Shown piece by piece: positions 50,775 to 60,013 of a stretch of 64,000 bases of DNA. The stretch spans positions 448,001 through 512,000 of the forward strand of contig CAWBWQ010000001.1 in NCBI GenBank assembly GCA_963792535.1. Direction: 5' to 3'. This DNA is from an uncultured Phycisphaerales bacterium (lineage in GTDB: Bacteria; Planctomycetota; Phycisphaerae; Tepidisphaerales; Tepidisphaeraceae). The stretch's first letter is position 1, and every line of letters starts with the position of its first letter. Both the position numbers and the translations under genes were made by a program. The notes under the pieces are model-generated. The model did not search any database. It had not been told where the DNA came from and saw only the letters and a list, made by a program, of their open reading frames with translations.

Positions 50775-51782
50775 ATGTCCGATTCATATCAAACTCTAAT
50801 AGGTCATCTCAGCCGGGCCAGGCGCGTTTTGATTACCACGCATGTGCGACCTGATGGAGACGCCCTCGGCTCCACTGCCGCAATGGTAGCCGGGCTGCGC
50901 ACAAAGGGGATCGCGGCAAAGGTGCTTCTGCTGAGTCATCTGCCCAGCAAGTACGCGTTTATCTATCAAGAGCTGGAGGTTGATCACTTTGATGTAGAAG
51001 CTGGCTGGCCTGCTGATTTTACCATGCAGGGATTTGATGCCTTGCTGGTAGTCGATACCGGAACGTGGTCGCAATTGCCGGGATTCAGGGAGCGCCTGGC
51101 AGAATTTACCGGCAGGAAACTGGTGTTAGACCACCACCTGACGCAGGAGGATTGGGCGGACGATAAACTGGTCGTCACGCAGGCGGCAGCGGCGGGGGAG
51201 ATCGTGGCGAACCTGCTTCAGGCGTGGGATGTTGAATTTACCCCCTCGATTTCCAAAGCGCTATACCTGGCTATTGTTGCTGATACCGGTTGGTTTCAGT
51301 ACTCCAACACCACTCCTCACACACTGCGACTTGCCGCCAGATTGATGGAAGCGGGCGTGGATACGGATGAGCTCTATCAATTGCTTTATCAAAGCGAGCG
51401 ACCGCAGCGTGTGATGCTCCAGGCGGCGGTGCAGAAATCACTGGAGTTATTGTGCGACAATCGTCTGGCGGTCATGCAGACGCGTCGGGAGGATTTTCTT
51501 GAGACCGGGGCACGTGCGGGTGACACTGAGGCGCTGATTAATATTCCGCTGCAGATTCAGACGGTTCAGGTATCGATGCTTTTTAATGAGCCGATAGAAG
51601 GCGGGGCGATCCGCGTGAGCCTGCGCAGCAAAGGGCATGTGGACGTTGCAAAGTTCGCGCAGCAGTTTGGCGGTGGTGGGCATGCAAGGGCAGCGGGCCT
51701 GAGGGTAGAGGACACCCTGGCAAAGGCGAGGGAGAAAGTCGTTAATGCCATGCTGCTCGCACTTGCACAAAGCAACACCTGA
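50775..51782 (+). CDS. DHH-family phosphoesterase (NrnA-like oligoribonuclease/PAP phosphatase)
   Basis: HVRPDGDALGS, LDHH, DTGWFQYSN, SLRS and GGGGHARAAG motifs. Confidence 0.93.
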   Translation: MSDSYQTLIGHLSRARRVLITTHVRPDGDALGSTAAMVAGLRTKGIAAKVLLLSHLPSKYAFIYQELEVDHFDVEAGWPADFTMQGFDALLVVDTGTWSQLPGFRERLAEFTGRKLVLDHHLTQEDWADDKLVVTQAAAAGEIVANLLQAWDVEFTPSISKALYLAIVADTGWFQYSNTTPHTLRLAARLMEAGVDTDELYQLLYQSERPQRVMLQAAVQKSLELLCDNRLAVMQTRREDFLETGARAGDTEALINIPLQIQTVQVSMLFNEPIEGGAIRVSLRSKGHVDVAKFAQQFGGGGHARAAGLRVEDTLAKAREKVVNAMLLALAQSNT

Positions 51783-51919
51783 TTTTTGCTCGGCTAAGGA
51801 AACTTTCCATACCTTCGTTCCCGGCGCGGGTCTATGATTATGGAAAAGGGGTTTGCACGCAGGCATCACCAGCTGGAGTCATTCAATGCCGGTATCGCGA
51901 TTACAAAGCTGCGGCCTGT

Positions 51920-53221
51920 ATGCTCCCGATTTTGTTAGGCAGTCACTCGCTGTGGGGCGATGTGATTCATCTCAAAGATGGCACGCAGCTCGAGGGGATC
52001 GTCAAGCATACCGATGACGGCTGGGTCATTCATACCAACGGAAAACAAATCCATGTGCCGGTCACGGATGTTGATTCCATAGAACTTTCACCCGCGACCC
52101 GCGCCTCTCCCCAGGCCGCGATCGAGCGGCTCGCGTCACTGAGGCGCTCCGTGGAAGGGCTTGGCGATCTCACCGAAATTACCGCGCGATTCCAGCGATT
52201 TGTCGATCAGAGTACGGATGCCACTGCCACCGCGGAGGCAAAAAAGGATCTGGTCGTATGGCAGGAACGATCGCGGTTGAAAATGGTGAAGGTAGGCTCG
52301 GAATGGGTGACATCGGATCAACGTGACAAGCTGATCGAGCATGCTGAATCCGTTGCCGAGACCGCACGACAGCTCATGAAGCAGGGCCGGACTAAAGAAG
52401 CCGAGCCTCTGTTGCAAGATGTGCTGAAGACCGATCCCACAAACGCGACGGCTTTATACCTCACCGGCGTATTGCGATTGCAGCAGGACCAGCTGACCGC
52501 CTCGCGCAAAGCCTTCGAAGCGGCATCGGCGATCATTCCTAATCACGCGCCCACTTTGAACAATCTTGGCATTGTCCAGTGGCGGCAGCATGAATACATA
52601 CCCAGCCTGCAATGTTTTGACGCAGCCATGCTGGCCAAGCCCGTCGATAGGACGATCGTGGATAACGTCGCGGTCGCTCTTCAGAATTTGCCGATCGATC
52701 TTCAGAAAAGTCCGGTGACGCTGAAGCTGCTTCGGCATTTCAATGAACAGGATCAGAAGCTGTCCGAGCAAATGGCGCAGGTTGGAATGCGGCGTCTTGG
52801 ATCGTTGTGGGTTTCGGATCATGACCTGGCACAGATGAAGGCCGATGAAAAACTGGTTCAGGACAAGCTCGATGCCCTTTCAGGGGAGTTTGATAAGACC
52901 AGGGAGCGGGCGGATACATTAAGCGAAAATATCGAAAGCAATCAGGCGGAAATGAGCCGAATCGAAGCCAGCAGCTTTGTTACTGACCAGGTGACAGGGA
53001 TCCGCGTTGCGATGCCCTATCCTTCTACGTATTACGATTTGCAGCGCGAGGCACAGAGAATGGTGCGCGATCGGGATGCGGAGACTGCAAAACTGGATGC
53101 GATTAAAAAGCAGGCCCAGGATCTGCAGAACCGCAGGCCAACTGCTAAGAATCAGGGTGTTATGCAACCGATTGGGGCCGAGGGCACCCCGATTAAGATT
53201 AACGCGTTGGTCGGTAAGTAA
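51920..53221 (+). CDS. Tetratricopeptide-repeat protein with coiled-coil tail
   Basis: DVIHLKDG N-terminal beta domain; TPRs (DPTNATALY, PNHAPTLNNLG); the true start may be ATG 51886 via an indel. Confidence 0.8.
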   Translation: MLPILLGSHSLWGDVIHLKDGTQLEGIVKHTDDGWVIHTNGKQIHVPVTDVDSIELSPATRASPQAAIERLASLRRSVEGLGDLTEITARFQRFVDQSTDATATAEAKKDLVVWQERSRLKMVKVGSEWVTSDQRDKLIEHAESVAETARQLMKQGRTKEAEPLLQDVLKTDPTNATALYLTGVLRLQQDQLTASRKAFEAASAIIPNHAPTLNNLGIVQWRQHEYIPSLQCFDAAMLAKPVDRTIVDNVAVALQNLPIDLQKSPVTLKLLRHFNEQDQKLSEQMAQVGMRRLGSLWVSDHDLAQMKADEKLVQDKLDALSGEFDKTRERADTLSENIESNQAEMSRIEASSFVTDQVTGIRVAMPYPSTYYDLQREAQRMVRDRDAETAKLDAIKKQAQDLQNRRPTAKNQGVMQPIGAEGTPIKINALVGK

Positions 53222-53249
53222 TCAGTAACAGATATGACTACGATCGGCA

Positions 53250-53498
53250 TTAAGCGAGATAACGCTTCTCCGCCGGATCGTCCACTTCCACTTCAATGCA
53301 CTCCTGGATGCATCGCGAACTGAGGCCCAGGCGAGCTTCCTGTCGATGGGCTTCGAGCATGATCTCAAGCGCTTCACGCAATCGCTGGCGACATTCACCC
53401 AGGCTCTTGCCTTGTGCGATAGTACCGGGGATTTCTTCCACCCAGCCTACGAATCGGCCGTGTTCCGGCCGAATGATGGTGTGGTATCGCTGTCGCAT
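53250..53498 (-). CDS. HicB-like antitoxin domain protein (orphan)
   Basis: GWVEEIPGTIAQGKSLGECRQRLREAL HicB motif; no HicA ORF next to it. Confidence 0.8.
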   Translation of the reverse strand: MRQRYHTIIRPEHGRFVGWVEEIPGTIAQGKSLGECRQRLREALEIMLEAHRQEARLGLSSRCIQECIEVEVDDPAEKRYLA

Positions 53499-53578
53499 GA
53501 CGGCATTGTTGAGCGCGAGTTCAACTCCCGTCAAGTGAAACTTTTCCAGCAGCGATGAATCCGAAAGATGAAAATGTC

Positions 53579-53815
53579 TTAGCGTCGCTCGGTGTCCAGC
53601 ATATCCAGCAAAGAGCCGGTCATCTGGTTGGCGGTCTTAAGTACCAGAACATCGGCCCTGAAACTTATTTTCTCGAGGCTCAGATCGACGGCGTTCTGCG
53701 GCAGTTTGTCGAGGCTGTCAGGCCCCGCTATTTGCTGCGAAGTATTCGCGAATCGGCTGGATACCGAATCCAGGGCTCGGCCGGCGACGGAATAGATGCT
53801 TGAAATGCTGCTCAA
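53579..53815 (-). CDS. Small protein resembling the flagellar rod/hook terminal (Flg_bbr_C-like) domain
   Basis: C-terminal FRADVLVLKTANQMTGSLLDM matches the axial-protein D0 terminal pattern; 78 aa. Confidence 0.65.
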   Translation of the reverse strand: MSSISSIYSVAGRALDSVSSRFANTSQQIAGPDSLDKLPQNAVDLSLEKISFRADVLVLKTANQMTGSLLDMLDTERR

Positions 53816-53824
53816 CGTATAAAC

Positions 53825-53852
53825 ATCTCGGCTGATTTTGTTCAGAACTTGA
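53825..53852 (-). promoter_or_regulatory. Putative sigma28 promoter
   Basis: Minus strand TCAAG-N15-GCCGAGAT, about 10 nt upstream of the Flg_bbr_C-like gene start. Confidence 0.55.
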
Positions 53853-53932
53853 ACTGTGAAGGAGAAGCAGCACGCGTGCGGGGCGATTGCACAGGAAATA
53901 TCACACGGGGATGTGACTGTAAGGTCGAAAGG

Positions 53933-54142
53933 TCACGCCGGATCATATCCGCGCCCGCCCCATGGATGGCAACGGCAGACACGCCGGGTTGCCTTGAAGC
54001 ATCCGGTTATCGGTCCATATTTATTGACCGCATCAATCGCATATTGGCTGCAAGTGGGGATGTACCTGCACTGTCCACCGAGCAGGCGGCCGATCGTAAC
54101 GCGATACAACAGGACGAGATGAATCAGCAACCACCGCATCAT
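53933..54142 (-). CDS. yidD: Membrane protein insertion efficiency factor YidD
   Basis: CRYIPTCSQYAIDAVNKYG...CRCHPWGGRGYDP. Confidence 0.95.
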   Translation of the reverse strand: MMRWLLIHLVLLYRVTIGRLLGGQCRYIPTCSQYAIDAVNKYGPITGCFKATRRVCRCHPWGGRGYDPA

Positions 54143-54143
54143 T

Positions 54144-56801
54144 CTATTTAGCGGGGACAGACCGCTTCTTGGTTTTGGGCGCCGGATGCTTCACGCGACC
54201 GTTGCTGACCTTGACTTTCCCGTCGGCGGGCTTGGTGCTGACCGCCGGTCCAACGGCGATCTTCAACACCTCGTCGACGTTGTTCACAAAATGAAATTTC
54301 AGGTGGTCCTTCACTTCCTGCGGAAGATCCGGCATGTCTTTTTCATTTCGCTTGGGAACGATTACCTCACGTATCCCCGCGCGGAGTGCAGCGAGGGTTT
54401 TTTCCTTCAGTCCACCGATTGGCAGCACGAGGCCGCGCAGCGTGATCTCGCCTGTCATGGCGACGTCCGCGCGGGCGGATCTGTTTAACATCAACGATGC
54501 AAGAGAGGTAAACATCGCGGTGCCGGCACTGGGACCGTCCTTCGGAATTGCGCCGGCAGGAACATGGATGTGGATGTCGCTGTCGGCAAGCATCTTGGGA
54601 TCAATACCCATTTGCTCGGCGCGGCTTCGGATCAAAGTAAAGGCAGCCGTCGCGGACTCCTTCATAACCTCGCCGATCTGGCCGGTGAGGGTGATGTTCC
54701 CTCGTCCGGGGACCCGGCTGGATTCGATAAACAGGATTTCACCGCCCACGGGGGTGTATGCCATCCCGGTGGCGACGCCCGGGATGCTTGTGCGCTGGGC
54801 GAGCTCGGGCTCGAAGCGCCGGGGACCCAGTGTTTTCTCGACGTACGCGCGATCGACTGTAACCTTCTCGCTGGTTCCACTGACAATTTCCGCCGCGATC
54901 GCGCGGGCCACACTACCGATGCTTCGTTCCAGGTTTCTCACACCCGCTTCACGGGTGTAACTTTCAATAATGTCCTTCAGGGCCGGATCCTGAAATTTGG
55001 CCTGCTTTGGCTGCAGGCCATTGGCTTCCAGTTGCCGGGGGACGAGGTACGTCTTGGCAATGTGCAATTTATCGCTTTGCGTGTAGCCGGGAATTTCGAT
55101 TACTTCCATGCGGTCGCGCAGCGGGCCCGGAACCGGGTCCATGCTGTTGGAAGTGGCGATAAACAGCACTTTGCTCAGGTCGAATGGCACATCCAGATAA
55201 TGATCGGTAAAGGTGTGATTTTGTGCTGGATCAAGGACTTCTAACAGCGCCGACGCGGGATCGCCACGAAAGTCAGCGCCAAGCTTGTCAATCTCGTCCA
55301 GCATCATGACCGGGTTGCGCGTTCCGGCCTTTCGAAGCTCGGCGATAATGCGGCCCGGCATCGAGCCGATGTACGTGCGGCGATGACCCCGAATGTCGGC
55401 TTCGTCGCGAACACCGCCGAGAGCGACGCGAATAAAGTTTCGCCCCATGGCTTCAGCAATGCTCTTGCCCAAGGAGGTTTTTCCCACGCCCGGTGGACCC
55501 ACGAAGCACAGGATTGCGCCTGCCCCGCTTATGTTTTCCTCACCAAGGTTTCCATCGACTGCCTTATCCGGCGCAGGTAGCACATCGGACAAAACCACCG
55601 GATCCGCCGCGGCCGCCGATGAAGCTGCTAAGGCAGCGGCAGCGATTGCCTTATCCTCCAGCACTTTTTTCGCCAGCGAGGCTTTCACGGCGATATCGCG
55701 CTTCAGTTTCATCACTGCCAGATATTCCACGATCCGGCGCTTGACCTTATCCAGATCAAAGTGATCCCGGTCCAGGAGTTTTCTTGCTTCGGTGAGATCC
55801 AGCTTATCAGCCGTTGATACTGCCCAGGGCAACTCACCGACAATTTGCAACCAGGTGCGAATGACACCGTATTCAGGGCTTGCGCTGGGAATCGAATCCA
55901 GGCGTGTCAGTTCCCGGGTTGCTTCTTTCATCACGTTCACGGGCAGCTTGGCGGCATCTAATTTCGCGCGCAGCTGATCGACCTCGCTGCCGGCGCCACT
56001 GCCGCCTTCGGCGTCGCCGAGTTCCTTGCGGATGGCCTTGAGCTGTTCCTGCAGATAGTAACGGCGCTGGCTTTTGTCGATGTTTTCCTTCACCTGCGAC
56101 TGGATCTTGTTCTGCAGTTCCAGAACGTCCAACTGCGTTGCCAGCCGGGCCGCGATCAGGCGGAGGCGGCGCTCAACATCCATTTCTTCGAGCATGCGCT
56201 GCTTTTCCGGACTCTCGGCCTGCAAGTTGGCGGCGAGGAAATCGGCAAGAGCCGAAGGCTGGGTGATGCTCGCCAGCACCTGGGCTGCCTCGTCAGGCGT
56301 GTTGGGAGAGAGTTCGATCACGCGGTTTGCCTGCTGGCGGACCGAAGCGATCAGGGCATCGAGACCCGGACCGGATTCCACCATGTCTTCCAGAACATCC
56401 ACATGTCCCATCGCGAATGGATCGGTTTGCGTGAGATTATTCAGCCGAAACCGCGTTAATCCGTGCACAATAATCGACTGATTGCCATCGGGCAGCTTGA
56501 ACAGTTTAAGGATCATGCAGGCAACACCGGTGGTGTGCAGATCCTCGAATTGCGGATCTTCGGTCTCGGCATTTCTCTGCGTAACGACCCCGATCACTTT
56601 CTCACCGGGCATGACTTCATCGAGCAGATTCTTGGATTTCTGCCGTCCCACATTCAGGGGCATGACCGTGCCGGGAAAGACAACGATATTGCGAATTGGC
56701 AGGATCGGCAGGAGGCTGGGAATGGTCAATTGCTGACCGTTGGTGCCGGTGCGGATGATCGTGCCGGTTGGCGAGCGTTCTATGATTTGCGATTCGGACA
56801 T
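54144..56801 (-). CDS. lon: ATP-dependent Lon protease
   Basis: LON N-domain, GPPGVGKTS, LDEIDK, RGHRRTYIG, catalytic PKDGPSAG and GGLKEK motifs. Confidence 0.98.
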   Translation of the reverse strand: MSESQIIERSPTGTIIRTGTNGQQLTIPSLLPILPIRNIVVFPGTVMPLNVGRQKSKNLLDEVMPGEKVIGVVTQRNAETEDPQFEDLHTTGVACMILKLFKLPDGNQSIIVHGLTRFRLNNLTQTDPFAMGHVDVLEDMVESGPGLDALIASVRQQANRVIELSPNTPDEAAQVLASITQPSALADFLAANLQAESPEKQRMLEEMDVERRLRLIAARLATQLDVLELQNKIQSQVKENIDKSQRRYYLQEQLKAIRKELGDAEGGSGAGSEVDQLRAKLDAAKLPVNVMKEATRELTRLDSIPSASPEYGVIRTWLQIVGELPWAVSTADKLDLTEARKLLDRDHFDLDKVKRRIVEYLAVMKLKRDIAVKASLAKKVLEDKAIAAAALAASSAAAADPVVLSDVLPAPDKAVDGNLGEENISGAGAILCFVGPPGVGKTSLGKSIAEAMGRNFIRVALGGVRDEADIRGHRRTYIGSMPGRIIAELRKAGTRNPVMMLDEIDKLGADFRGDPASALLEVLDPAQNHTFTDHYLDVPFDLSKVLFIATSNSMDPVPGPLRDRMEVIEIPGYTQSDKLHIAKTYLVPRQLEANGLQPKQAKFQDPALKDIIESYTREAGVRNLERSIGSVARAIAAEIVSGTSEKVTVDRAYVEKTLGPRRFEPELAQRTSIPGVATGMAYTPVGGEILFIESSRVPGRGNITLTGQIGEVMKESATAAFTLIRSRAEQMGIDPKMLADSDIHIHVPAGAIPKDGPSAGTAMFTSLASLMLNRSARADVAMTGEITLRGLVLPIGGLKEKTLAALRAGIREVIVPKRNEKDMPDLPQEVKDHLKFHFVNNVDEVLKIAVGPAVSTKPADGKVKVSNGRVKHPAPKTKKRSVPAK

Positions 56802-56803
56802 AA

Positions 56804-56880
56804 TGTGTCGGTGATCTGTTTGTTGGTTATCCCAAGGAAAGTTGCATCAGTAACCGACCATGGACAACTCACAAAAGACA
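56804..56880. repeat. Degenerate inverted heptamer-repeat element between hsp20 and lon
   Basis: TGTCGGT GATCTGT TTGTTGG ... TAACCGA CCATGGA CAACTCA CAAAAGA; same style as 9791-9872. Confidence 0.4.
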
Positions 56881-56883
56881 TTC

Positions 56884-57309
56884 CTATTTTTTCGGTAATT
56901 CAATCCACAGCATTCCATTGCGATAATGGGCTACGATCCTGGTCTGGGCGACGTGTTCGGGCAATTCCACCTCGCGGAAAAACGCGCCGTGATCGATCTC
57001 CATCATATGAACGCGAAGCTTGCCCCTTTCCGTGGAGACCGAATCGGGCTCGCCGTAGCTTGGCACACTGCGATTGCCACGAATACTCAAGCGACCGTTG
57101 GAAACTTCCAGATCAATTTTTTCCTTCTCCACACCGGCCAGATCCACACACACCAGATACTGATCGTCGGTCTCATACAGATTCACGTTGGGAGCCCAGG
57201 TATCGTTAGGGCGAAAGTTGTAGTAACCCTTCTGCATCTGCTCAACAATCTTGTTGACGTTTCGGCTGATGTGCTGAAACGGATGGTCAGGTCCGGTCAC
57301 GGTCCGCAT
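56884..57309 (-). CDS. Hsp20/alpha-crystallin small heat-shock protein
   Basis: WAPNVNLYET, DLAGVEKEKI, GAFFREVELP and AHYRNGML motifs; GGAGG RBS. Confidence 0.95.
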   Translation of the reverse strand: MRTVTGPDHPFQHISRNVNKIVEQMQKGYYNFRPNDTWAPNVNLYETDDQYLVCVDLAGVEKEKIDLEVSNGRLSIRGNRSVPSYGEPDSVSTERGKLRVHMMEIDHGAFFREVELPEHVAQTRIVAHYRNGMLWIELPKK

Positions 57310-57438
57310 TACTTACCTCCAGAGACTCACTTAACGCGATTTGCGATATAATAGACATGCCCGGCGGGCGCGGGTAGGTGCGAATTGAACATATGAAAAA
57401 AAATCGCGATGTTGAGACAACGCTCAATCCTGCGCGAT

Positions 57439-58686
57439 TCAGACGATCATCAGATCCTTCGGATCCCGCAGCGCCACGCCCAATTCCATCAGCGCGTCGT
57501 AAATTTTCACATGCCTGAGCTTTTCGACCGCACCACCGCTGAATAGTTTGGCCAACCGACGCTGCACGCGCCGTTCGATTGAACCACACAGGGGGATCCC
57601 ACGAAAGCGCATCCCCGCCCGGTAAAGGTTGTTCAACCTGCCATCGTACCACGTGCCGATTATTTTCTGCCAGCGGCGGATTTCCTCTTGCCGGGAATCC
57701 TCATATTGCTGCATGGATTCCGCTGTGTCGGCCTCGATTGCCTTGGACAGCCGAAAAGCATCCTTCATGCCGAGGTACAAGCCAGTCGAAAGAACCGGGT
57801 CGATAAATCCGGCAGCATCTCCCACACAGGTCCAGCCGGGCCCGTGAAGTTTTTCGAGTACAATCTGATAATTGTTGTACTTAACCACGGGTGTCAAACG
57901 CTTCGCCCCGGCGGTGTAAACTTTCAGGCTTGGTTCATCGGCCAGGTAGTTGTCATACTGCTCTTCGATTGTTTCACCGTAGCGAACTAAGTGCTCCGGC
58001 TTGATCACCACCCCCAGTGAGACACGCCCCGGAAGCGGAATGCGCCACGACCAGCCGCGAGTCAGCGGATTCAGATGGATGTGTCCCTCGTGGATCAGTT
58101 CGGATTTATCGAGATGCGCAAAAAGAGCCACATCCTCCCGGCCTCCTTTTCGCAGCGGAATGTCCAGCAGCCTGGAGATAGTTCTCGCACGCCCCGTTGC
58201 ATCAACTACTAAGTCAGGATGGCGATCGAGGAATCCTTCGGTTTTATCCAGTGTCTCCTGGGCCAGCCGAACGCTGCCGGGTATCTCTCCTTTTTCCAGT
58301 TTTGCGGTGAAAGAAAATGTTTTGGCGCCGGCTTTCACAGCGGCTTTGGTTACCGCTGCGTCGAATAAATCGCGCGGGGTGTTGTAAGCGTAATGCGGAA
58401 GGTGGCCCAGGGCTGTGTTGAATGGCGCGTAGATCGTCTCTTTCAACGTCAGGCAAACCGTGGCACCCGGTTTAAAGGTGCTGAACGATTTCACGTCATC
58501 TTCGATTCCCAATTCCCGCAGCATCGGAACCACTGCGGGCAACAAAGACTCCCCGACGATCAGCGGAGGTCGCTTATCGATTTGAAAGATTGCAATCTTG
58601 TGCCCTTGCCGGGCCAGCAACGTTGCCAGTGAAGCTCCGGCAGGACCACCACCAATAATCGCTATCGTTTTCGGTGCGTTCTTCAT
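57439..58686 (-). CDS. FAD-dependent halogenase-like oxidoreductase
   Basis: GGGPAG, VGESLLP, DATGR, WSWRIP (WxWxIP) and GDAAGFIDPVLSTG motifs. Confidence 0.85.
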   Translation of the reverse strand: MKNAPKTIAIIGGGPAGASLATLLARQGHKIAIFQIDKRPPLIVGESLLPAVVPMLRELGIEDDVKSFSTFKPGATVCLTLKETIYAPFNTALGHLPHYAYNTPRDLFDAAVTKAAVKAGAKTFSFTAKLEKGEIPGSVRLAQETLDKTEGFLDRHPDLVVDATGRARTISRLLDIPLRKGGREDVALFAHLDKSELIHEGHIHLNPLTRGWSWRIPLPGRVSLGVVIKPEHLVRYGETIEEQYDNYLADEPSLKVYTAGAKRLTPVVKYNNYQIVLEKLHGPGWTCVGDAAGFIDPVLSTGLYLGMKDAFRLSKAIEADTAESMQQYEDSRQEEIRRWQKIIGTWYDGRLNNLYRAGMRFRGIPLCGSIERRVQRRLAKLFSGGAVEKLRHVKIYDALMELGVALRDPKDLMIV

Positions 58687-58702
58687 GTGAGACGAAAGCG
58701 TA

Positions 58703-59937
58703 TCATTTCGAGGGCAACCTGCAACGATTTGCCATGCCCGCCGCGTCCAGTTGGTATACCTCGACAGAAGCGTTTTGCACAAAGGCCCCGGGCCACGCCA
58801 GGGATGGCGCTGTTCCTGGATCCACAAGCGAAAGCACCGTCTTATTCCACGATTCAGCGCTCTGGCAAAACACCTTGGGATAGGCCCCGCCGGGGTTATC
58901 CAAAGCGTGCGAAAACGCGGCACTGAGCACGCTCGGGTCCATATCCCAGGTGCAATGAACGCGATCGTATTTACATTTCCAGTCGCACCCATAACACGCA
59001 AGCGGAAGGCATGCGACGGTGGTCAAGGCCGAATATGGCATGAACCGACCGAAGTGACCTCCGCCCAGCAGCACCACATTCGGCGTACTCACCGCGCAGG
59101 CGATATGTGCCAGTGCGGTTTCCGCGCCCACCGCCAGCCTGCAGCGTCGGAGGATCGCTGCGGCTTGTAGCAGGGTCGTTTTGCCAGAGAGATTAACACT
59201 ACGCACCCCCGCATCATTTAAATTACTGAGATTCATCGCCGAGTCTTCGGCGCCACCCAACGCAATCAACTGGAGGTCTCTATCCCTGCACGCGGCTGCA
59301 ATCGCTTTTCCATAGAACTGATATTTGTGAAATCCATGTTGCGCCCTGCAAACAGGGCGACCGTTTGCCGGGGGTCCAGCGAATGCTCCTCGAAAACCGC
59401 TGTGGCAAAGTCCTCGTCGTCAGGGCCCGTCCAAACCGTCGGCCGAATCTCATTGGGATTAAAGGGAACGTTAATACCAGCCAGAAAGTCCGCGTGTCGC
59501 TCGAGTTCGGGCTTCCACAACCCGCTACTGGGAACGAGTTTTGTATACCGACGATTGTTCGATTCACGGTGCTCGGCGCGAACCCGGGAGAGATCGCCTG
59601 CGTGGCCAATTCGTTGTGTCGCAAGCGTTGCCGCCGACAGAAAATCCGCAACTTCTGACCGGGAATAAGCCGGGCTCAGACAGATGTCTGCCTTGAACTC
59701 CTGCAGTTGCCTGGCGACCGACTGTCGAAAGTCCTGGCTGCCAAAACGCGCAAAGGTGATCTCAAATATCTCATTGACGAACGGGCACCGCTGGTAAATA
59801 GACGCAGCTGAATCTGGGGTGACAACAACCAGCCTGGCGTCGGGATACGCTCGCCTGATGGGTGCGAGCATGCACGCCGAAAGAACATGGTCTCCGACCG
59901 AATCACATCGCAGATACAAAATAGTGAGCGAGGGCAT
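58703..59937 (-). CDS. Glycosyltransferase family 9 (heptosyltransferase-like), frameshifted near 59270-59340
   Basis: LRCDSVGDHVL...IRRAYPDA; second part has NLSGKTTLLQAAAIL and ETALAHIACAVSTP. Confidence 0.88.
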
Positions 59938-60013
59938 TAGCCATCACTCGTACATCAATCTGACCGATGCGGCAACACTCATGCACACGGCCCGCAGCGC
60001 ATGGCGGTCGCCT

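Noticed and set aside
53250..53578. Complete HicAB toxin-antitoxin module
   Set aside because: No HicA-like ORF (GSH motif) is found on either side of the HicB gene.
55521..55700. Intein in Lon
   Set aside because: Too short, with no N-terminal Cys/Ser block and no His-Asn C-terminus.
57310..57438. CIRCE heat-shock operator upstream of hsp20-lon
   Set aside because: No TTAGCACTC-N9-GAGTGCTAA-like inverted repeat is present.
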